This document shows positions 58,093-64,000 of a DNA stretch of 64,000 nt, piece after piece. Origin of the DNA: a virus. Location of the stretch: positions 5,329 through 69,328 of the IMG/VR virus record IMGVR_UViG_3300027973_000053; one strand, given 5' to 3'. How positions within the stretch are numbered: the first letter of the stretch is position 1; the number at the start of each line of letters is the position of its first letter. Both the position numbers and the translations under genes were made by a program. Below the pieces are notes generated by a model. It had not been told where the DNA came from. It did no database searches and saw only the letters and a list, made by a program, of their open reading frames with translations.

Positions 58093-58362
58093 ATGATATT
58101 ACAATTAAACCCAACAATTGATGTGTTAACCATAAAAGGAAATGCCGAAGCTATAATGATTATAGATTATGGCATAAATGTAAATTCTGTATGGGTATGT
58201 AGAATGAAAGGTGGGAAAGTGCTGCATTTTTATAGCGATTATATTAGAATTTACGATAATCCTATGAATGGAAATGGATGGGATGTTGTACCAGATTTTC
58301 CGGAATCAAAAGAAGAAGATGAATTACATACCCAAATGGCTTCTACTTTAAATCCTCATTAA
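58093..58362 (+). CDS. hypothetical protein
   Basis: MILQLNPTIDV...IIDYG motif. Confidence 0.75.
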   Translation: MILQLNPTIDVLTIKGNAEAIMIIDYGINVNSVWVCRMKGGKVLHFYSDYIRIYDNPMNGNGWDVVPDFPESKEEDELHTQMASTLNPH

Positions 58363-58391
58363 ACATTTTATTAACCCTCAAACAATAAAAA

Positions 58392-58583
58392 ATGGCAAAG
58401 AGAGAAAACACACTTGGTAGCAAAATTGAAAAATTGGAATTAGATGAAAGCATTTCAGTTGACAACAGCTACATGACTACAATGGTAACTATTTCTCGGT
58501 TGAAAAAAGACTTCAACCATTGCAACAAAAAATTTAAAGTAAAAGAAACCCAAGAAGGTGTAATTGTTACAAGAGTAAAATAA
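58392..58583 (+). CDS. small putative DNA-binding protein
   Basis: 63-aa basic ORF ending VIVTRVK. Confidence 0.65.
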   Translation: MAKRENTLGSKIEKLELDESISVDNSYMTTMVTISRLKKDFNHCNKKFKVKETQEGVIVTRVK

Positions 58584-58593
58584 TTTTAATTTT

Positions 58594-59202
58594 ATGAAAG
58601 AATATTTAGAAAGTGTTAAGTTAAGTAAAGACCCATTCAATCAGCCACAACTACCCGAATGGATTAAAACAAAAAAGTCAGAAGTAACCGGAGAAGAATA
58701 CCAATACAATGATATTGAACTTATTGAGGATATTTTGAGTTGTTTTGGAAGATGGTGGTATGAAATAAATAAAACCCATTTTGTTCAAGATAAGTTCGGT
58801 ATCAGCGTAACACTAGAAGTTGTTTTATTTTTAGCTATTGATGATGGTAAAAATAATCTTTCTATTAAATCCTTTGGAATAGCATCCGAATTTGCCCCAA
58901 ACACCAAGTACCTTACTCTTGCCACACCAAAGGCAGCTTCAATGGCTTTTAAGAACGCAGCAAAGAAGATAGGTACATTATTGGGAAAGGATTTGAATAG
59001 GGGAACAGAAAACAATGAATTGCCTTCTGTTTTTGTTGAGAAAGAACCCAAGCAAACAACGCAGCAAAGAGTTATTTCGCAAATTGCAAACTGCAAAACG
59101 ACTGATGAACTTGAATCGTACAAGCTGTTAAGTAATTCAGACGAAGTAATTAAAAAAGCATACACCGAGAAATATATTGAATTTATTAATAAACCATTTT
59201 AA
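58594..59202 (+). CDS. Rad52/Sak-like single-strand annealing protein
   Basis: YNDIELIEDILSCFGRW...KAASMAFKNAAKKIG..GKDLN; near exonuclease. Confidence 0.7.
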   Translation: MKEYLESVKLSKDPFNQPQLPEWIKTKKSEVTGEEYQYNDIELIEDILSCFGRWWYEINKTHFVQDKFGISVTLEVVLFLAIDDGKNNLSIKSFGIASEFAPNTKYLTLATPKAASMAFKNAAKKIGTLLGKDLNRGTENNELPSVFVEKEPKQTTQQRVISQIANCKTTDELESYKLLSNSDEVIKKAYTEKYIEFINKPF

Positions 59203-59379
59203 TTTTATGGTACGTCAAAATTTTTTTCCAGATATATATCATCCTTGTTTAGTGCAAATTAATTATAATGGAGATGTAGTATTTCGCTTGGCTAAAGACT
59301 TCAAAGATGGATTAGATAGTTACGGTTTTACCAATATCGTTGCCATCTTCAAATGTAAACTTAAAAAAAACTAACCAAT

Positions 59380-60090
59380 ATGTTTGAAAACGCAAAAATA
59401 CGCTGCTCTGCATTGGGTAATTTAATGACAGAACCAAAGGCTGCTGCTGACAAAGCTAGTGGGGCTTTATCCGCTACTGCAAAAACATCGCTTTTAGAAG
59501 TCTATGTAAAACAGATTTATGGTAGAGAAAAAGACATTCAAACCAAGCCTATGAAAAAGGGCACATTGGTAGAAGATGATTCAATTACTACCCTATCAAT
59601 GTATGATGGAGTTCTTTATAAAAAAAACGAAAAGAGATACGAAAACGAATTTATCACAGGCACACCGGATATAGTAGATGGAAAGGTTGTTGACATTAAA
59701 AGCAGCTATGACTTATGGACTTTCCTTGCAAATGTAGATTCAAAAATTGACAAAGGATATTGGTGGCAGCTACAAGGTTATATGTGGCTAACAGGAATGA
59801 AAACGGCAGAACTTGTATATGTTCTTTCAAATATGCCAGAGGAAATGATTCTACAAGAAAAATACTACCTACTAAAGCGGATGAGTGTTATCTCCGAAGA
59901 AAGCCCGGAGTATATTAAAGCAGTAGCAGAACTTGAAAAAAGATTAAGTTTTGATGATATACCTGTAAGCCAAAGGGTAATTAAGTTTTCTTTTGGTGCA
60001 GACGAATCTGCATTTGACTTTATAGAAAGCAAGGTAAAAGCTGCAAGGATTGAACTTGAAAGATTTCATAACCTAAGATTTCCAAAATGA
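59380..60090 (+). CDS. YqaJ / lambda-exonuclease-like nuclease
   Basis: IRCSALG, MKKGTLVE, TGTPDI, VDIKSS, YWWQLQGYMWL. Confidence 0.9.
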   Translation: MFENAKIRCSALGNLMTEPKAAADKASGALSATAKTSLLEVYVKQIYGREKDIQTKPMKKGTLVEDDSITTLSMYDGVLYKKNEKRYENEFITGTPDIVDGKVVDIKSSYDLWTFLANVDSKIDKGYWWQLQGYMWLTGMKTAELVYVLSNMPEEMILQEKYYLLKRMSVISEESPEYIKAVAELEKRLSFDDIPVSQRVIKFSFGADESAFDFIESKVKAARIELERFHNLRFPK

Positions 60091-60485
60091 CAATAAGAAA
60101 AAGTCCACCAGACGAGCAAGGGAATCATTTTGTTACCAAAGAATCCGGTAACGTATTGATTATTTGCTTAAAGCTAAACAATGAAACAAGGGAAAGAGAA
60201 ATAGGAAAAGTGTTTTTAAAGGAAAGAATACTTGAAATAAAGCGTAATAGAGAAAAGCATTTATTCAGAAAGAACAAGTCTTATGGATTTAATGAGCACG
60301 TTGTTAAAACAGGTAAAACATTTGATAAAATACAATTATCAGACGAGCAAAACACCTACTTGTTTAATAAAGAATTAATTTTAACAAAAGGTAGCTATCT
60401 TCATTTTAAGGTTTTAGGATTTGAAAAGCAATTGTTTCTTTCTCTATCTGAAATGGAAAAATTTATTATTACACCAATATTTTAA
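60087..60485 (+). CDS. hypothetical protein
   Basis: 132 aa, coupled by ATGA overlap. Confidence 0.75.
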   Translation: MTIRKSPPDEQGNHFVTKESGNVLIICLKLNNETREREIGKVFLKERILEIKRNREKHLFRKNKSYGFNEHVVKTGKTFDKIQLSDEQNTYLFNKELILTKGSYLHFKVLGFEKQLFLSLSEMEKFIITPIF

Positions 60486-60585
60486 TATATAATATATGTA
60501 TATAGTATTTACAATAATTTTTGCATTTATTATTATTAAATGGTTTAAAAAAATGAGAGATGAAATTTTTAATGAAGATTAAAAA

Positions 60586-61590
60586 ATGAAAAAAATTCGT
60601 TTAACACAAATAGATGGCAAATTTCCAAACCTTGCATTAATGAAATTATCTCATTGGCACAAGTCAAATGGTGATGTTGTCTATTTTGAGAAAGGAATTA
60701 CAAAAGGGATATTTGAACCCGAATATGATATTGTTTACGGAAGTGCAATATTTAGTACATCGACTAAAAAAATTGAACAATTTAAAAGCAACTTTCCAAC
60801 TGCAATAATTGGTGGCACAGGAACAAAATCACTTACGACAGTTGAAGCTACATTGAATTTAAGTGAATATGAATATTACGATTATGAAATTTACCCTAAT
60901 TTTGATGCTTCAATTGGATTTTCACAACGAGGGTGCAGATTACGTTGCAAATTTTGTGTAGTACCAAAAAAGGAAGGTAAAAACGTGAATAGCAATACGA
61001 TTTACAATATTTGGAAACAAAACCCCAAAAACAAAGGCAAAAAAATTCATTTACTTGACAACGATTTTTTTGGACAACCCCAATGGCAAGAAAAAGCAAA
61101 TGAAATTATTGATGGTGGATACAGGGTTTGTTTTAATCAAGGTATAAACATCCGATTAATTGATGATGAAGGTGCTTCATATTTATCAAAAATGAAATTT
61201 AGAGATGATAGTTTTAAAAAGAAACGAATTTACACTGCTTGGGATAACAAAAAAGATGAAGCAATATTTTTAAATGGCATCAAGTGCATTTTAAATGCTG
61301 GAATAAAACCTAATGAAATAATGGTTTATTTTTTATGCAATTATTGGGAAAAGGGATTAACGCAAGATGTTTGGGATAGATTTAATACTATGGCTAAAAT
61401 TGGTTTACTTCCATACCCTATGATTTTTGAAAAATGGACTGCATCGGAAGATTTAAAAGCGTTTCAAGAATGGGTTATTCGTGGAGGATATAGAGTAACA
61501 CCTTTTGAAACATTTATAAAAGAAACTAAGAAACAATATTTTAAACGTAAAGAAGAAACAAAATATAAACAATTGTTTTTGCAATTTTAA
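60586..61590 (+). CDS. radical SAM protein
   Basis: SQRGCRLRCKFC (CxxxCxxC), FPNLALMKLS N-terminus, IGGTG, LLDNDF. Confidence 0.9.
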   Translation: MKKIRLTQIDGKFPNLALMKLSHWHKSNGDVVYFEKGITKGIFEPEYDIVYGSAIFSTSTKKIEQFKSNFPTAIIGGTGTKSLTTVEATLNLSEYEYYDYEIYPNFDASIGFSQRGCRLRCKFCVVPKKEGKNVNSNTIYNIWKQNPKNKGKKIHLLDNDFFGQPQWQEKANEIIDGGYRVCFNQGINIRLIDDEGASYLSKMKFRDDSFKKKRIYTAWDNKKDEAIFLNGIKCILNAGIKPNEIMVYFLCNYWEKGLTQDVWDRFNTMAKIGLLPYPMIFEKWTASEDLKAFQEWVIRGGYRVTPFETFIKETKKQYFKRKEETKYKQLFLQF

Positions 61591-61612
61591 CTAATTTCCA
61601 ATATTTTAAACA

Positions 61613-61903
61613 ATGAAATACATAGACTACATTAGGATTGGATTTGAAAGAACAGAAATGAATTGCGAAGTAGAGTTTAAAGAAACTGGGTATCGTGGGT
61701 TTGCATTGGAAAAGAAAATAAACGATAGTATGATGGTATGCGTTTCAAGTGGAGAATTAGATAGCCCTAAACTTTACATTAAAAAAGATAATAGCGAAAC
61801 CTACCACATAATTCCTATACCAACAGCAGCCGCTTTTGATTTAGTAAAACAAACAAAAACTGCTGCAACACCAAATACAAATATTGGAAATTTAGCTTGT
61901 TAA
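61613..61903 (+). CDS. hypothetical protein
   Basis: 96-aa ORF. Confidence 0.7.
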   Translation: MKYIDYIRIGFERTEMNCEVEFKETGYRGFALEKKINDSMMVCVSSGELDSPKLYIKKDNSETYHIIPIPTAAAFDLVKQTKTAATPNTNIGNLAC

Positions 61904-61924
61904 ATAAAACAAAAAAAGAATAAC

Positions 61925-62194
61925 ATGGCACAATACAGAAAAAAACCGGTTATAATAGATGCTATAAAATTTACTCGTAATAATTGGACTGAAATACAAG
62001 AATTTACAGGTGGAAGGGCGCATACTTTAATGATTGAGAAGAGAATCAATGGCATAGCTACTTGTATTATACTAACATTAGAGGGTGAACACATAGCAAA
62101 AGAAAGAGATTACATCATTAGGGGAGTAAAGGGCGAGTTTTACCCTTGTAAGCCCGATATATTTGAAATGACTTATGAACCCGTAAAACAATAA
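61925..62194 (+). CDS. conserved phage protein
   Basis: YRKKPVIIDA...TLEG...DYIIRGVKGEFYPCKPDIFEMTYE. Confidence 0.85.
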   Translation: MAQYRKKPVIIDAIKFTRNNWTEIQEFTGGRAHTLMIEKRINGIATCIILTLEGEHIAKERDYIIRGVKGEFYPCKPDIFEMTYEPVKQ

Positions 62195-62195
62195 C

Positions 62196-62486
62196 ATGGC
62201 ACAACAAAGTGAAGCATTCTTTGAACTATTCAGACAAGTGAGAAAAGAAATTGCAGATGAAAATGGTTATAACTTGGAAGCAGCTATAAAGAAAACATTT
62301 GACAAATGGAACGATTGGCAAAAAGGAATGCCCGAATTTGATGGCAAATATCTTGTACTAATTGAACAAGTACAGGAATGTGAAAATGTTTTAAAGTATC
62401 AAGAAGCAGTTGATTGCCTATTTAATAATTGGGTGTTAAAGCACAATGAAAAAGTAGTAGGCTGGAAAAAATTATTACCTATTTAA
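62196..62486 (+). CDS. hypothetical protein (DUF551-like C-half)
   Basis: MPEFDGKYLV...VVGWKKL. Confidence 0.7.
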   Translation: MAQQSEAFFELFRQVRKEIADENGYNLEAAIKKTFDKWNDWQKGMPEFDGKYLVLIEQVQECENVLKYQEAVDCLFNNWVLKHNEKVVGWKKLLPI

Positions 62487-62494
62487 ATAATAAC

Positions 62495-62857
62495 ATGGCA
62501 CAACAGACTGATTTAAAGAAATTAGAAGAAAAGTTTGAAGCCCTTTTTAAAGAAGAAACTGAAGAGTCATTTAATAAATGGTTGGCAGATAAACAACAAA
62601 ACATAAACATAAATAACATGGCACAACAGACAGCGCAAATCAATCCAATTGATTGGTTAAAAAATAGATTATATAAACCAAGCAATAGTATGGAATTACT
62701 ATCTGCCGCTTATGTTATAGAACAATTTGAGCAAGCCAAAGAAATGTTTAAGCAGCAGATAGAAGCAGCGTGGAAAAGAGGCGATGGCGAACATGATAAA
62801 GTTGCAGATGAATTATCCAAAAAATACTACACTAAAATTTACGGCAATGGAAAATAA
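62495..62857 (+). CDS. hypothetical protein, apparent fusion of two MAQQT-starting units
   Basis: Second in-frame MAQQT at codon 42. Confidence 0.7.
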   Translation: MAQQTDLKKLEEKFEALFKEETEESFNKWLADKQQNININNMAQQTAQINPIDWLKNRLYKPSNSMELLSAAYVIEQFEQAKEMFKQQIEAAWKRGDGEHDKVADELSKKYYTKIYGNGK

Positions 62858-63035
62858 ATCAATGACAGCGGTGGAGTGGTTTTATATAAAAATTCACGAA
62901 ATGTATAATGGAAATACTGATTTACATTTTGACTTATTATTAGAACAAGCCAAAGAAATGGAAAAGCAGCAGAAGGAAGATGACTATAAGAGAGGATATA
63001 ATGAAGCAGAGCAAATTTACCTTAAATTTTCGTAA
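62847..63035 (+). CDS. small modular phage protein (TAVEW / EQAKEMEKQQ type)
   Basis: ATG 62847; shares EQAKEM.KQQ with preceding gene. Confidence 0.7.
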   Translation: MENKSMTAVEWFYIKIHEMYNGNTDLHFDLLLEQAKEMEKQQKEDDYKRGYNEAEQIYLKFS

Positions 63036-63055
63036 GCATAAAAATATGTAACCCA

Positions 63056-63240
63056 ATGACAAAGTATTTTTTATGTGCATTTTTGCTTTTCAGCCTTAAT
63101 GCAATAGGACAATCTAATAATAGTTTTGTGTTCAGCCATTCTACATTAAAAAGCGTTTCAGTTGAATTTAAGACAAGCAAAATTTAATAGTTGGATTGCG
63201 GCATCAAATTATATATTCCCACTTTTGAATATAAACAATG
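63056..63240 (+). pseudogene. truncated exported-protein gene remnant
   Basis: MTKYFLCAFLLFSLNAIG|Q signal peptide, stop after 43 codons. Confidence 0.4.
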
Positions 63241-63445
63241 ATTCAAACCTCAAATCAGCATTTGAAAAATACTACAACGAAACCTACGGCACTCGGTTAC
63301 AAAACGAAACCAACTCAAAATGAATAAGCATATGATAAGCATATGCTTCTATAAAGATAATTGGAAAGACGATACGGCGTTGACCTGTCCGCAGCCGAAA
63401 TGTATACAGAATAGTGGAGGGTGACAGCGGGGAGAGACTGCATAT

Positions 63446-63694
63446 TTATTTCCATCCATATTCGCCTATGGATAGCTTTATTTGTTTAATTTTTTCATCC
63501 GATAGTGTTATTTTTCCTTTTTTTAACATTCTTTGAAAATTCCCCTTGTCTATTCCTATTTCAAGGCACATTTTAGACCATTTAAACTTGTTGTGAGTGT
63601 TAATCCAATCTACTATTTCTTGTTCTTTTACGCTAGGATTAAATTCAGCGTTTTTTGGTTTTATGTACCCTATTTGTCTTGATATTTTTTCCAT
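63446..63694 (-). CDS. HTH transcriptional regulator
   Basis: KWSKMCLEIGIDKGNFQRML helix-turn-helix; operator array upstream. Confidence 0.75.
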   Translation of the reverse strand: MEKISRQIGYIKPKNAEFNPSVKEQEIVDWINTHNKFKWSKMCLEIGIDKGNFQRMLKKGKITLSDEKIKQIKLSIGEYGWK

Positions 63695-63704
63695 AGTTCA
63701 AAAA

Positions 63705-63792
63705 TACAACAAAAGTTGTACAAAACAACAAAAGTTGTTGAAAATATGCCAAAATTAACAACAAAAGTTGTTTTAATACAACAAAAGTTGTA
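63705..63792. promoter_or_regulatory. four palindromic operators WACAAC-AAAA-GTTGTW
   Basis: Copies at 63705, 63724, 63757 and 63777. Confidence 0.85.
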
Positions 63793-63942
63793 ATTTATAT
63801 CATATTGTTGAAGCCAACAAAATGATTCCGCTTTTTAACAATCTCAAAATAAGCCCCAAATTTTGCTTTAAATCTACCTACCCATACAAATACCCTACCC
63901 CAACATTATCTGCCAAATTTGAGCCGTTTCCGTTTGATTGTA

Positions 63943-63968
63943 CCCCTACCCCTATCCCCCCTACCCCC
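63943..63968 (-). other. G-quadruplex-forming sequence
   Basis: GGGGG-TA-GGGGGG-ATA-GGGG-TA-GGGG on - strand. Confidence 0.65.
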
Positions 63969-64000
63969 TACAAAAACAAAACACTAATACTACCCCCACC

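Larger units (their letters stand above)
61919..62631 (+). repeat. four dispersed direct repeats AATAACATGGCACAA spanning start codons
   Basis: Copies at 61919, 62190, 62489 and 62612. Confidence 0.9.
1..64000. mobile_element. Tailed dsDNA bacteriophage genome segment (Bacteroidota host, crAss-like podovirus-type virion module)
   Basis: Terminase, portal, capsid, tail, lysis, replication and recombination genes fill the window; no host housekeeping genes; Bacteroidota-type promoters. Confidence 0.95.

Noticed and set aside
61919-62631. Repeats as a CRISPR array
   Set aside because: Repeats are too short, spacing is long and irregular, intervening DNA is coding, and there are no cas genes
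63705-63792. Repeats as a mini-CRISPR array
   Set aside because: Spacers are only 3-17 bp; the palindromic form fits operators
1-64000. Stop-codon reassignment or tRNA genes as in some crAss-like phages
   Set aside because: Long genes are intact under the standard code; no tRNA cloverleaf was noticed by eye (a tRNA scan was not run)

Overview
The whole window is an AT-rich tailed-phage genome segment, probably most of a genome, from a phage of a Bacteroidota host. Host evidence is TAnnTTTG promoters, A-rich non-SD start contexts and signal peptides followed by Gln. It has three blocks. (1) A + strand block of small accessory genes at 1-6.1 kb (RadC/JAB, an OB-less ligase domain, DnaA domain IV). 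(2) A long - strand block at 6.1-57.4 kb, in transcription order: HTH, replication initiator with internal iterons, primase-helicase, a broken C5 methyltransferase, SSB, a glycosyl/methyltransferase island, terminase, portal, scaffold, major capsid, HNH, ring proteins, GroES, a split tail stabilisation protein, cargo proteins, ferritin, fibres, lysis genes and two more glycosyltransferases. The virion module is of the crAss-like podovirus type. (3) A + strand recombination/accessory block at 57.5-63.3 kb, followed by a regulatory end region with four palindromic operators and a G4 tract. I saw no DNA polymerase, integrase, tRNA or CRISPR array. The best candidate for a new system is phage-encoded O-glycosylation of its own virion: a late-promoter enzyme with motifs of plant GT95/GT96 protein O-glycosyltransferases occurs together with mucin-like Thr/Ser tracts grafted onto tail proteins. 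All family calls come from motif recognition only; no database searches were run.
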